Part shown: piece by piece, positions 50,068 to 62,417 of the stretch
Layout: each line of letters starts with the position of its first letter
Position numbering within the stretch: position 1 is the first letter of the stretch
DNA from: Rebecca billardiae RCC1528
Lineage: Eukaryota > Protista > Haptophyta
Assembly (NCBI GenBank): GCA_965240325.2
Contig: OZ251252.1
Coordinates: 682,001 to 746,000, forward strand
Direction of reading: 5' to 3'
DNA length: 64,000 nucleotides
The notes under the pieces: generated by a model
What the model saw: only the letters and a program-made list of their open reading frames with translations
What the model was told of the DNA's origin: nothing
The model's database searches: none
Translations under genes and position numbers: made by a program

Positions 50068-50951
50068 CCGGGGCTCCGCTGCGCGCGCGCCGCCTCGAGC
50101 GCCATCGACGCCTGCACCCGGTACGCCCACACCACCGTCGCCATCTGCGACGGCGTGAACTCCCCGCAGACGTCCGACGCGAGCGGCGCGAGCGCGTCCA
50201 GAAGCCCCGGCGCCGCATGGCTTACGATCGAGGAGGCCCAGGCCAAGTTGACGATCCGCGCCGCGCCGAGCGCGCGCGCGCGCGCGGCGGTGCTGCCGGG
50301 CGGCGGCGGCGGCGGGCCGTCGTCGAGCGCGGCGGGCGCGTGCGCGGCACTCCCGCCGGCGTCGGCCGCCGCGGTCCGGCCGGCCGGCGCAGTCCGGAGG
50401 CGGGCCTCGAGCAGGCGAGTAATCGTTGAGTAGAGGCGGCGGAGCTGCTGCGCGTCGTCGCCAGGCATGGCGGGCACGGCGCGCGGGCCGACGCGCACGA
50501 GCGCGTAGAGCAGCGCGCACAGCTGCTCCAGCGTGAACCCCGCGCCGCCCTCCTCCTCCAGCCGCTGGCGCAGCCGGTCCCGCAGCTCGGCGAATGGCAG
50601 GCTCTCGGCGAGCGCGGCGCGCTCGGCCGCCGCCGCGGACGCGCCGAGCTGCTCGAGCACCGCGACGAAGTGGCGCGGCTCGAAGTCGGAGAGGTGCGCC
50701 TCGCACGCGCTCAGCAGCCTCCTCCCGCGCAGCCCGACGAGCTCGTCGTCCAGGGTGCTGGCCGGCGCGCCCGCCGGCCAGCTGAGCGCGCGAGCCGGCG
50801 CGCGCGGCGCGCGCGGCGCCGCGAGGCGCGCGAGAGCGGGCGCGCCGCCGCGGTGCGGACGCGCCGCTAGCGATGTAGCGGGCCACGGCCTCGCGCGCAG
50901 CGCGCCGAGTGGCCTCGCCGCGCGGCTCGCGCCGAGCCAAGCGCGCCGCAT
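48183..50951 (-). CDS. RAP-domain, helical-repeat RNA-binding protein (FASTK/OPR-like), probably organellar
   Basis: Arg/Ala-rich presequence; FTPSQMATVVWAY; VEFDGPHHF...WKMRQLERLGWAVVRARHSDW. Confidence 0.85.
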
Positions 50952-51171
50952 CTGCCCGTCGTCGCGCCGCGCATCCAGCCGCGCTTGCTGCCAAAGACGC
51001 GCGCGGCAGGCTGTCGGCGCGCTCGGCTCTCCGGCATGCGCTCCGGGGGGGCCGCCGCGCTGCTGGTCGCTTCCAAAGCAGCACCGGACACGTGGCGCCG
51101 CGCATCAGGCCGCCCTGGCTCATCCGGCCCGGAGCAGCGCCACACGCCCGCACCGACGGCACACACGCGCA

Positions 51172-52498
51172 ATGAAGGTGGTCGTGACGGGCGGCCTGGG
51201 CTTCCTGGGCATGGAGGTGTGCAAGCGGCTGCTGCGCCGCGGCACCGCCTTCTCGCCCGTCGCCAAGGCCGCGCGCGACATCACCGAGCTCACCATCTTC
51301 GACTCGGCGCCGGCCGAGTTGATGCCGGCGGAGGTCGCGGCCGATAGCCGCGTGAAGCTGGTGGGCGGCGCAGTGAGCGAGTCCGGCTGGGTGTCCAAGC
51401 TGGTGGACACGGAGGACATCGCGGTGTTCCACTTCGTCTCGATGATGAGCGGCAACTCCGAGGCCGACTTCGACGCCGCGTGGGACGTGAACGTGCTCGC
51501 GCAGAGGCAGCTGCTGGAGGCGCTGCGCGAACTTCCCACCACGCCGCGCTTCTTCTTCACCTCGTCGACGGCGTCGCTCGGCGCGGACGCGGCGAAGCAG
51601 GGGGCGAACGACCTGACCAAGCTCGTGCCGGAGGGCACGTACGGCTTCACCAAGTCGGTGCGCACGCCCGTCCGCGCCGCGGCGCGCTCCGCACGCGCGC
51701 ATGCGCGCCGCACGCGCCGCGCGCATGCGCGCGCCGCTGACCGCCCGGCGCGCGCGGCGGTGCGCTGCGCACGGGCACGGCGCGCGCGGCGCAGGTGTGC
51801 GAGCTGATGCTCAACGAGTACTCGCGGCGCAGCTTCGTCGACGGCCGCGGGCTCCGCCTCCCCGTCGTGATCGTCCGCCCGGGCGCGCCGAACGCCGCCG
51901 CCACCGGCTGCTACTCCGGCGTAGTGCGTGAGCCTTTGAACGGGGAGATTGCAATCTCGCCGCTGCCGCTCGACCTCGCCGCGCCGGTGACGTCGTACCA
52001 GGTGGCGTGCGACAACATCGTGCAGCTGATGGACGTCGAGGCGGAGGTGCGCGCGCCCGCCCGCCACCCGTCCCTCCGCGCCGCGGGAACGCTCGCGCGT
52101 GCGCAAGCGCGCGCATTCGCGCGCGCGCGAGCGAGCGCGCACGCTGTGTGGCCGGTGGCCACGCCTCACCGCCGCTCCGCCCTGGGCGACCCCGCGCGCC
52201 GCCGCCGGCTGGCGCGCGCGCGCACACGCAGAAGCTCGGCGTCGACCGCATGTTCATGCAGCCCTCGATCTCCACCACCTGCGAGCAGCTCTACGCGAGC
52301 GCGGGCGAGCTCGCGCGCGAGCGCGGCATTTCGCTCGGCGGCGTGGAGGCGCGGGTGGACCCGGTGGCGGCGCGCGTGGTCGGCGGGATGACGCCGTACA
52401 CGGACGGCTCGCGCGCGCTCTCGATCGGGCTGCGCGGCGACGAGAGCACCGCGTCGATCGTGCGCATGTACGCCGACGACAACCTCGCCCGAGCGTAG
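51172..52498 (+). CDS. NAD-dependent epimerase/dehydrogenase, D-erythronate dehydrogenase (DenD)-like; exons 51172-51657, 51795-52046, 52232-52498
   Basis: VTGGLGFLG, SGNSEADFD, YGFTK, ELMLNEYSRRSFVDGRGLRLP..RPGAPNAAAT..SGVVREPLNG. Confidence 0.85.
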
Positions 52499-53323
52499 CG
52501 GACGACGAGGATCTGATCTGCGCGCAGAGTGACCCGCGACCGCCTGTTCGCGGACTACGTGTAACGACGCGTGATGACGATGCGCGCGGGGCGCGCGTCA
52601 TATCGCGCGCGTCGTCATCACCAGCATCAGTAGAGGCATCAACTGATCAGCATCACACATATCGCCGCGTCACTATAGTCGTCCGCCGCTCACTTATATA
52701 TTCATCGACGATCAGTAGTCAGCGGCATGCAGTTAGCAGTCGCGTAATCCGTGAACGGTGAAACGGTTACGACTTACGCGTCCGTACCTAATGCCTCGGG
52801 CTGCCAGCAGACGCCAGCAGACTGCACTACGACTCAGATCGGCGGATGCCGAGTCGTGATATATGATGACGATATGATCGACGACTACGACTACTACGGC
52901 GGTATATATATATATATACATATATATATCGTCGCCGACGATTAAGTCGGCGCGCGCGCGGCGCGTCGCGCGTCGTCGACTCGTCGACTGTCGGCGACCG
53001 GTGTCCCGGTCCGGAGTCGCGATTCCCGATCGCGCGCGGTGAGATGAGTGCGCGCGCCGATCGACTTGCCAGCGCAGCCGGCGCTGCGGTGCTCACGTCG
53101 CTGCTCGGCCGGCAGTACCGTAGCCGTTCAGTCGCGCCTACTGGCACAAAGCACTCAGTCGTGACCAGGTACTCTCCCACTCGCCTCGCTGCCGGAGCTG
53201 ACCGCCGGCCGCCCCCGAGCACTCAGCAGCGCGCCTGACACTGATCGGTCTGAGCCCCCTCATTATTATAATAAGTATCGATCACCCTGCATATGCTACG
53301 CTATATAGCAGCAGTATGTACTA

Positions 53324-54376
53324 CTACTGGCTCCTGCCGCCGCGCTGCTGCTGCTGCTGCTCGCGCAGGTGCGCCTCGCTGAGCGCCCAGCAGCGCGCCC
53401 ACTCGGTCGGCTCGTCGGCGCAGCCGCCCGCGCCCTCCGTCTGCTTGCGGTAGCAGTTGGAGTAGTACGCGCCGGCCTCGACCTCGTGGCTCAGCACCGC
53501 GTGCCGGATCACCTCGGCGCCCGCCTCGGGCGTGCGCGCGAGCACGCCGAGCAGCGGCGCGAGCGCGCGCTGCCAGCCGCGCAGCTGCACGAGGTGCGTT
53601 TTGACGAACCCGGGTGTCACAGCGACGCACCGGACCCGCTCGGCGGCGCGCGCGTCGGCGGCGCGCGCGCGCAGCCGGCGCTGCAGCTCGCGCATGTGCA
53701 TGATCTGCGCCAGCTTCGACTGCCCGTACGCCCGCCCCGCGCCCACGCGCCGCGGGTCGCGTCCGTCCAGCCGCGCGCGCTTGTGCGCGCCGCTCGAGAC
53801 GGCGACGATGCGCACGTCTCCGCCCGGCGCCGCGGCGGTGCGCAGCAGGCGCGGCGTGAGGAGCTGGACGAGCAGGAAGTGGCCGAGGTGGTTCGCCTGC
53901 CACACGCGCTCCGGAGGGCCGGCGAACACGCCGGCGTTGAGCACGAGCACATCCAGCCGCTCCAGCGCGCCGCGCGCACCGCTCGGCGCGCCGCCCTCGC
54001 CGCCCTCGGCCGCCGGTTTCAGCATGGCTGCCGCGGCGGCGCGGACGGAGTCCGGATCTTCGAGGTCCATCAGCACGTGGCTCACGCGCGCGGCGGGGAC
54101 CTCGCCGCGGAGGTGCGCGCACGCCGCCGCGCCCTTGGCCTCCGTGCGCACGGTCAGCACGACGCGCGCGCCAGCGCGCGCGAGCGCGGCTGCGGCCGCG
54201 CACCCGAGCCCGCCGACCGTGCCGCCCGTGACGAGGGCGACGCAGCCGGCGAGGTCGCGGGAGGCCTTGGCGTGGCGGTCGAACCAGTACCCGTTGATGT
54301 AGCGCCGCATCGCCCACAGCATGCCGCCCGTCGCCAGCGCCATCAGCGCCGCGGCCGCCAGCAGCGGCGACGCCAT
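53324..54376 (-). CDS. Short-chain dehydrogenase/reductase, retinol dehydrogenase-like
   Basis: ALVTGGTVGGLG, DVLVLNAG, ANHLGHFLL, VSSGAH, YGQSKLA, PGFVKT. Confidence 0.9.
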   Translation of the reverse strand: MASPLLAAAALMALATGGMLWAMRRYINGYWFDRHAKASRDLAGCVALVTGGTVGGLGCAAAAALARAGARVVLTVRTEAKGAAACAHLRGEVPAARVSHVLMDLEDPDSVRAAAAAMLKPAAEGGEGGAPSGARGALERLDVLVLNAGVFAGPPERVWQANHLGHFLLVQLLTPRLLRTAAAPGGDVRIVAVSSGAHKRARLDGRDPRRVGAGRAYGQSKLAQIMHMRELQRRLRARAADARAAERVRCVAVTPGFVKTHLVQLRGWQRALAPLLGVLARTPEAGAEVIRHAVLSHEVEAGAYYSNCYRKQTEGAGGCADEPTEWARCWALSEAHLREQQQQQRGGRSQ

Positions 54377-54753
54377 CGTGCCGCTCGCTGGCGCTGGCGC
54401 GCTGCCGATGTCGATACGTCGCGATTTCTTTATTCGTCGTTCATCAGTGGCAGTTGTGTGACGTTGAATTCGTCGTCCGCTTCATCAGATTCAGCATCAG
54501 TAGAAAAAAGCAGCGAGCACGCAGGGCAGCAACGCGCCGCCGTGGCCGTCCTGGCGCGCATCTGCTGGCACTGTCCGCTGCCGACGCATGCACGAGGCGG
54601 ACGAGCAGTAGTGCTGCTGCTGATGCTCGCAGCAGATCGCCAAGAGCAGTGCTGCCGACACTGCTGTCGGACGTCATCGTCACCGCCGTTGCCGCCGACT
54701 GCTGCGCTTGTGGCCGGAGCGGCGGCGCGCTGCTAGCGGCTGCTACTCTGTGC

Positions 54754-56039
54754 TCAGCGGGCGGGTGGCTTCGTCGTTGCCAACGCCGTGAGCGGGATGT
54801 AGTCCCTGCGGAACTTGGCCTTGTTCTGCTTAAAGCCTACGAGCGGAAGGCGAGGCCCCGGCGTGACGCGCGGAGGGGGGGGGGGGGCAGCGCGCGCGCG
54901 TCAGGGGGGCGGGCGCACACGCGCGCTCGGGCGCGCGCGCACACGGCGCGCGGACGGCGGCGGTGGCGCGCTCGCTCGGATCCTCTCCGCCGCGCGTCCG
55001 TCCCGCCTCCCTTCTCCCGCGCCCGCCCGCGCGCCCGCCCGCGCGCACGCGCGCGCGCGCCCACCCTCGATGCTCGCGAACTGCGTGAAGAACGGCCCGC
55101 GCGTGTTGCTGGTGCGCACGCCGCCGCCTCTCTCGATCGCCAGCAGGATCTGCGCCTCGGGGTAGACTTGCCCGCCGAGCGCGGCGAAGTTTCTGCGAAA
55201 GTTCTCGCCGTCGGTGAGCGCGGCGAGGTGGGCCATCAGCTCGGGGCGGCCGATGATGAAGCGGTCCTCCCACTGCGGCTTGTGCGTCTTCCGACGGCCG
55301 ATCACGCCCGCGCGCAACACCGCCTCGCACCAAGAGACAGCCGCCGCGCCGCCCGCGCCGCCGCCGCCGCCCGCCGCCGCCGCGGCCGCCGGGCCGCGGC
55401 CGCGCGGCTGCGGCGGCTGCGGCGGCTGCGGAAGCAACTTGACGTTGTGGAAGAGGACGTCGACGCGCGTGAGCGCGACGAGGTCGTAGCGCAGCCCCCG
55501 CGCGCGCGCGTGCGCCTCCGCCAGCCCGAGTGCGCGCACCATGCTCGAAAAGCTCGAGAGGACCCGATGTGGGTAAAGTGAGTACTTTGCCTTGTCGCGC
55601 AGCGGCAGCTGTAGCCGGTCTGCCCACGCGCGGTACTGGCTGGCGTTGTAGGGGCGGTGGTCGCACTGGGCGTAGCGGAAGTGCGCGTCGGCGTGCAGCC
55701 GCGTGCACAGGTCGAGCCCGTCCAGCGCGTCGCACGGCCGCAGCTCGCCGCGCTGCGTCGACGCCGCCACGAACGCGTCGTAGGCAATAGGCGCGCCCGC
55801 CCCCGGCGCGCCCGAGCCCGCGGCCGCCCAGTGCGCCGGCAGGATTTCGTCAATCCGCTTGGGCAGGTCGGCGCGGCGCAGGAAGTTGCCGTGGAAGCAG
55901 ACAGCGATCTGGCGCGCGTGCGCGTCCACGCTGGGCGCGCCGAGACCCACCTCATGCCTCTGCGCGGGCGGCGGCGCGCACGGCCCCTTGTGCGCGGCGG
56001 GCGCGCGCGGCGCGCCGCCGCGGCCGGCCGCCGCGCCGC

Positions 56040-56073
<34 letters not shown>

Positions 56074-56414
56074 CGCCGCCGCCGCGAGCGCCGCCGACGC
56101 GGTCGAGCGGCGCGCCTCGGCCGGCTGCGCGCGCGTCGGCACGGCGCTCGCGGCCGCGCGCTCCGCCGCCGGCCGGTCGTCCACCGGCGGCGGCTCGAAG
56201 CAGTTGTCCACCGTCGGCCGCACGTGCCGCCGTCCCGACTTTGAAATAAAACCGCCGCTGCCGGCACCCAGGTCACACACAGTCACGTTGTGCAGCGTGA
56301 GCCAGTGGATGAAGTCCTGCTCGGTGACGAAGAGGCCGCGCGGCGGGCGCCCCTGCCGCGGGTCGATCATCGAGCGCAGACCCACCGCCGCCCGCCCGCC
56401 ACCGCCACCGCCGT

Positions 56415-56475
<61 letters not shown>

Positions 56476-57672
56476 TTCGCGCAAAGGGTCCACCCAGCCC
56501 AGACCCGCGCGCAGCGCCGCGCGCAGGTTGGCGCGCATCACGCGGCGCACGTCGAGGAGGTTGCCCACGACGTTCGCCGGCGTGAAGTGCACCCCGGGCT
56601 CCACGCCCATGTCCGGCACGGGCACCGCCTCCACCTTGTGGAACGGCAGCCATCGTGAAAATGCCGCCGCCGGCAGAGACTCGAGTGAGTGGAGCAGCGG
56701 CGCGGTCGCGACGGGCCGGAGGAGGAAGCGCGGCCGGCCGGGGGCGAGGGCGGCGGGCGTGCCGGGCGGCGCGGCGTCGGACTCGAAGTACGGGATCCCC
56801 TCGTACGTCCGCGCCGCCACGTGCATCCCGTCGCGCCGCCCCCAGAACACCTGGTCCGTCATCGCGTGAATGATCGGAGGGGCGTCGGGGAGAAGTCCGT
56901 CGCGCGCCGCGCATACGGACATTTCCGGAAATGTCGCGAGGTCGGTGCGCAGCTTGAGGACGAGCTGGTACGCCGGCTGCGCGGGGCGCGTCGCCTCGAG
57001 CGCCTCCATCAGCCGCCACGCCTCCGCCAGCTTGTACCACTGCTTGATCGCGCCCTTGCCATGCTTGTCGAATGCGCGCGACGAGCGCGACACGCGCGAC
57101 GGCGGCGGGATGCGCGCGCGCAGCACCGGCGGCGCGGGTGCGGCCGTGGCGGCGGTGGTGGTGGTGGAGGGCTCGAGGGCGCGCGAGGGCGCGCTCGAGC
57201 CGGCGCGCGGCACGCCCTCGACCACGCCCACCGCGCGCAGCGCCGCGCCGTACGCGCGCGCGAGAACTTGCTCAATCCGCGCCTCGAGCTGCTCGACCGC
57301 GCACGGGGGAGATTGCAATCTCGCGCCGCCGCAACTGTCGGACTCGAAGACGACGACGGCGTCGGCGGCGAGCGGCGTGAGCACGTGCCGCGCGTGCAGC
57401 GCCGCCTTCTCGCGCAGCCGCGCCAGCCCCTTCTCCGTCGGGCGCACCCAGCCGGTCACCAGCGCGACCGCGCGCGCCGGCCGCTCGCAGCCGCGCGCCG
57501 CGATCAGCGCTGGGAGGCGCGCGGCGTACGCGGCGAACGGGTCGGCGGGCGGCTCGGGCAGCAGCGCGCGGCGCGCGCGAGGCGCCGCCGCCGCGCTGCC
57601 GTTCCGCGTCTCCGCCGCGGGCACGCCGCCGCCGCCGACCAGCGCCGCGGCCAGCAGCCACCCGCCCACCAT
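54754..57672 (-). CDS. Secreted protein with two tandem putative glycosyltransferase-like domains; probable intron 55064-54837
   Basis: Signal MVGGWLLAAAL; domain 1 ALVTGWVR..QWYKL..YQLVLKLRTD..DQVFWGRR; domain 2 IAVCFHG..YDLVALTRVDV..EDRFIIG..YPE. Confidence 0.65.
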
Positions 57673-57859
57673 CGTCAGCGGCCGGTGGCCGCTTTGGCCG
57701 GCCGATCGAGAGCGCACGATGGCGGCCGCGAGTAGGAGCGCGTTTTTTTCATATACCGACCGTATTCATTCGTTATTGCCAGCGCGCAACAATCATGCGA
57801 TGACGAATTTCTTTTCGGACGGCGCGATGATGCTGTGCGTGCGCCGAGCAGGCGGCAGC

Positions 57860-58074
57860 TCACGACTCGGCGCCACCCGTCGGCCGCGCGCGAGGGCGCG
57901 CCCCGCCCGCCGCGCCTGCGCCAGCCGCACGCGCGCCCCCAGCGGCAGTGCCGCCCGCCGCCGCCGCGGCTGCGCCGTCGCGGCCGTCGTCGGCGGCGGC
58001 GGCCTCGCCCTCGGCGCCCGTCGCGCGCCGACCGCCGTGGCCGCCGCCCTCACTGCGGTCACTGCCCGCATCCG

Positions 58075-58117
<43 letters not shown>

Positions 58118-61100
58118 CCCGCCAAGTGCGGGGTCGGTCCCGTTCGGTGCGTTCGGCGCGCCATCTTGTACTGGCTCGGCGTCCTGGTCGTCGCCGCCGG
58201 CGGGCGGCTGCCCAGCGCCTGCGTCGCACGGCGCGCGCGGCACGCGCGGCCAACGCGGCGCGCGGGCGGGCGGGCGGCGGGGGCGGCGGCGCGCGGCGGC
58301 GGGCGGTCAGGGCAGGGCCGAGGCGCCACCGGGGCTCTGGGGAGCTTGGACGCCGCCCGGCGCTGCGTGGGCGAGAGGCACGCCCGCGCCACGCGGCGCC
58401 CAGCCGCGCGCAGCCCCCGCGCAGCGCAGCACAACGCGCGCGCACACACACACCGCGCGGACGCGGCGGCGGCGGCTCGCGCGGCCGACGCACCGGCGCC
58501 TCGGTCCTGCCGCGGCCTCGCTAGCCCGCCCTCGCGCCGCCACCAGCCCGCGGCGCCGCCGGTGGCGCCGGTGCCGTCGTCGACGTCTCGGCGCCTGGAG
58601 AAGGCGGCGCCGACGTAGCTCACCCCCGCCGCGACGCGCGTCAGCGGGCCCACGATCGGCGGCGGCTGCGAGCCGGGCGAGGGAAGGTGTAGAATGGCCG
58701 CCTCGCCGCCGCGCGGCTGTGGTGCGAATTTTCGCCGCCACGCGCCAGCGGGCAATTCGCCAAAAAAAGGGAGTCGGGCGGAATACAGGGAAAAAGCAGA
58801 AAGACAGAAATAAGCGAAGAATCGGCGCGAAGGGGCGGACGAATAGACGGGCAGTCGGCGGAGCAGGAAGGCGGCGGGCGCGGGGGCACGCCGGCGCGGC
58901 GATTGGGGGTCGCCACGGCAGCGACGGCCGGTGGTCGGAGCACGCACCGCACGCGCGGCGCGCGCGCATTCGTAGTGCGGCGCGGCGCGCGCGCGCGCGC
59001 GGCAGGCCGCAGCGGCAGCAGTGATGGCGGCGCGCGGAGGCAGCGGCGGCGGCAGCCGGGCCGCCCCGCGCCACCGAGCGCCAGCGCGCACGCGGCGCCC
59101 GGCTGCTCCTCGGACAGGCAGGCCCGGGCCCCCGCGCCGCGCCCACGGCTCGCCGGGCCATGCACATTCAAGTCGGGCCGTGCCCCCAGCCGGGGGCAGC
59201 GCGGGCGGGCCGCGGCGCGCAGGCAGGTGTGTGCCGGTGCGGCGCGCGGCGCGCGCGCGCGCGCGCGCACACACACCTGGCCGAGCGCCATGATGGCGTT
59301 GTTCTCGTCGTCGCCCTCCACCGGCCGCGCGCCCGGGCCGTCCGCGTTCGGCGCCACGCCCGCGTCCGCGCCCTCGCCCGCGCCGTCCGCTCCCCCCCGC
59401 TCCGCCGCCCACGGCCGGCGCGGCGCGCGGCCGGCGCGGCGCGCGCCGGCCCACCACTCGAAGAAGCGTCCGCTCACTAAAAAGAAATGGCGGTGCGCGA
59501 AATTGGACGGCTGGAGGTGGTGCATCAGGAAGGCGGTGACCGAGAGGTCGAGCGCCTCGCGCCACAGCAGCTGCGCGCGCGGCGTCGCGTGCGGGCGCAC
59601 ACGCGCGCGACGCTCGCTCAGCGCACCGCCGCCGCGGCGCCGCGGCGCGCGGCCGGCTGCGGCCGGGCAGTGTGGCGCGCGCGCGCGCGCTGTGGCGGCG
59701 CGCGCGCGCTGGCGCGGCAGCCATGCTGGCGTTCGGCGCGGCGGCCATGCTGGCGTTCGGCGGCGGGCGGCCGGCCGCATGCGCTGGGCGCGCGGTGGGC
59801 GCGCAGCACAACACAACACAACGCACACCTTCATCCACGCGGCGTGCCACGGCAGTAGCGTCGCCTCGAGAAAGAGAAGCAAGATGGGGAGCACCAGGTA
59901 CACGAGGACCGTCACCCAGCTGGGTGGACGCCGCCGCCAATTCGGGGAGGGCAGACACCGTCAATTCAACAAGCAATCCATGCGCGTGGACAGACCATCC
60001 AAAAGAACAATAGAGAAGAAGAAGAAGAAGAAGAAAGAAAAAACACGACCGTGGAGAGAGAGATGCGCGCAGGGCCGCGTGCGCGCGTCGCAGGGCGGGT
60101 GGCGCGCCCGGCGCCGCACCGCCGAAGACACGCGCAGCGTCAGAGCAGCGCACGCGCGCCGCCGCACCCGCGCCACCCGCGCACCCGCGCCCGCGGCGCG
60201 CGCACCGCAGCGTGCGGTAGAAGAGAAGCTTCGAGAAGTCGAGCGCGCCCACGCGGCCGTTCCATGCAGATTCGGAGCGGATGCGCTCGACGGTCGAGTT
60301 GAGCGCGACGATCACCGCGAACACGGAGAGGAAGCGGATCACCTGCGCGGCCCCAAGGGATTAGGGTGAGGGGTAGGGTTAGGGGCGGGCGCCCCCGTCA
60401 CGGCCCCTTCCCTCCGCCCTCCCCCGCCGAGCGCCCGCGCGCGCGCGCGCGCGCGCACACACGATCCCACACGCGCCCGCGCACGCACCTGGAAGGCGAG
60501 CACGTACACGCCGCACATCAGCCCCTGGTCGCACAGCACGTCCAGCACGCCGAAGACGAGGTAGAGCGCAAACGCCAGCGAGATCGCCTCGCGCTCGCGC
60601 GCAGACACCTCCACGCTGCGCCGGGGGGTAGGGTTGGGGGTAGGGTAGGGTTGGGGGTAGGGTAGAGGGCGGGCGCGGGCGGCACGCAGTTGGCAGAGGA
60701 GTAGGGGTTAGGGTTAGGGTTAGGGCTAGGGCGGCTTAGGGCTGGGGTGCGTACCGGACGAGGGCGTAGCCGGCTGAGATGAGCAGCAGAGCGGTCAGGA
60801 TGAGTCCGGACGAGGTGAGGCCGAGCACCTCGCCCAGCACGCTCAGCCTGGTGGCGGCCCGCGCGCGGGGAAGGGTACACCGTACGGGGAGCGGGGGGGT
60901 CGACGACATACGGGTAGGGGCACGCCATACAGGGGTAGATAGTCAGTAGGAGTGGCCAGGGTATGCGCAATACAACCAAGAGGGGCAGGGGTGTGCAGCC
61001 AGGTGCAGCAGGGGTGGCGGGAGAGGGCAGGGACCGGGTGGTGGGGTGTCGGGTCGGGGGCACGGAGGGGCAGGGGTGTGCAGCAGGGGTGTGCAGCAGG

Positions 61101-62287
61101 GGTGGCGGGAGAGGGCAGGGACCGGGTGGTGGGGTGTCGGGTCGGGGGCACGGAGGGGCAGGGGTGTGCAGCAGGGGTGTGCAGCAGGGGTGGCGGGTGA
61201 GGGCAGGGACCGGGTGGTGGGGTGTCGGCTCGGGGGCACGGAGGGGCGGGGGCGACGCGGAGAGAGCGAAAAAAGCGCGCCGGCGCATCGCGGGCACGCC
61301 CGCCGGCGCGCGCCACGCGCGCCCTCGCGCGCGGCGCGCGCACCGCTCCGCGTGCCGAGCGGCCACCTGTACAGCCGCGACAGTCGTGAGCGCGTGCGCG
61401 CCGCCTGGCGCGGCGGCGGCGTAGCCGTCGGCGTCGAGCTCGGGCGTGAGGTGCTCGGTGAGCGCGAGCATCGCGCACGCGCGCCCCGCCGCCTTGATCG
61501 CCACGGCCAGCAGCAGGATGGCGTGCACCGCCAGCAGGTGGCGCGGCGAGATTGCAATCTCGTACAGCCATGGCAGCGCCATTGCTAGGACGAGGGAGAG
61601 GAGGACGGCGTTGAGCGTCATGCGGCTCGCGTCGGTCTCGACCATGCGGATGCGCCACGAGCCCACGCCGCCGCCCCCCGCGCCCTCCGCCACGCCCGCC
61701 GCCGCGCGCCTCGGCGCCGCCTCGCGCGCGGCGCGCGGCGCGCCCCACTCGCGGCAGAGAGGTCGGACTGCGACGTCGACGGTGACGCGGCGGGCGTTGG
61801 TGTCGCCGAGGGGCGGGCAGCGGAGCACGAGGAGGGCGTACTCGTCGCGCTTCGCCGCGCGCATCGAGAGCACCCACGGCAGCTCGCCGCCGCCGCCATC
61901 GTGCCGCGACGCCGCGCCGAGCTCGAGCGCGCCGCCGCGCTCGCGCAGCGGCGCCGTGCGCACGTGCGCGCGGAGGTGGGAGAGCTCGAAGCGCGCCTCG
62001 GCGGCGGCGTGGCACACGCCGGTCACGTCGCGGTCGCGCCGGTCCAGCAGCCAGGTCGCCTGCCCCGCCTGCTCGCTGTTCGCGAAGAGCACGATTAACG
62101 AAACGTTGGCCGAGCGGCCGACGCGCACCTCGAGGCCCTCGCCACGATGGAGGCCGGCGGTGAAGGCGACGAGGCCGCGCGGGAGGAGGTCGTCGAGCTC
62201 AACCGACGCGTGCTTCACGCCCAGGCCCGGCCGCGCGAGCGCGGCGAGCGCGCACACGCCCGCGAGCGCGGCGTGCGCGCGCGGCAT
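57860..62287 (-). CDS. GOST-family (GPR107/TMEM87-like) seven-transmembrane protein, multi-exon
   Basis: Signal peptide and luminal domain; spliced TM segments AVHAILLLAVAIKA, LLLISAGYALVR, REAISLAFALYLV, YRTLR/VLVYLVLP; exons 62287-61344, 60847-60755, 60615-60489, 60342-...; 3' end less certain. Confidence 0.7.
60358..60745 (-). repeat. Intronic telomere-like (TTAGGG/GTAGGG)n clusters at 60358-60385 and 60625-60745
   Basis: Direct reading. Confidence 0.8.
60982..61250. repeat. Intronic G-rich minisatellite, ~86-bp unit x3
   Basis: GGGGTGTGCAGCAGGGGTG...GAGGGCAGGGACCGGGTGGTGGGGTGTCGGGTCGGGGGCACGGAGGGGCA repeated. Confidence 0.85.
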
Positions 62288-62417
62288 CGCCAAGGGCGGT
62301 GGGGGCGGCGCGCCTCCCTGACGATCTGTGCAGGCTGGCTGCTCCCATTTCTGCCGCGCCTTTTCGGACGGGTTTTTTTTTTTCGCCGTTTGCCGTTCAG
62401 GTTGGCGGCGGGCGCGC

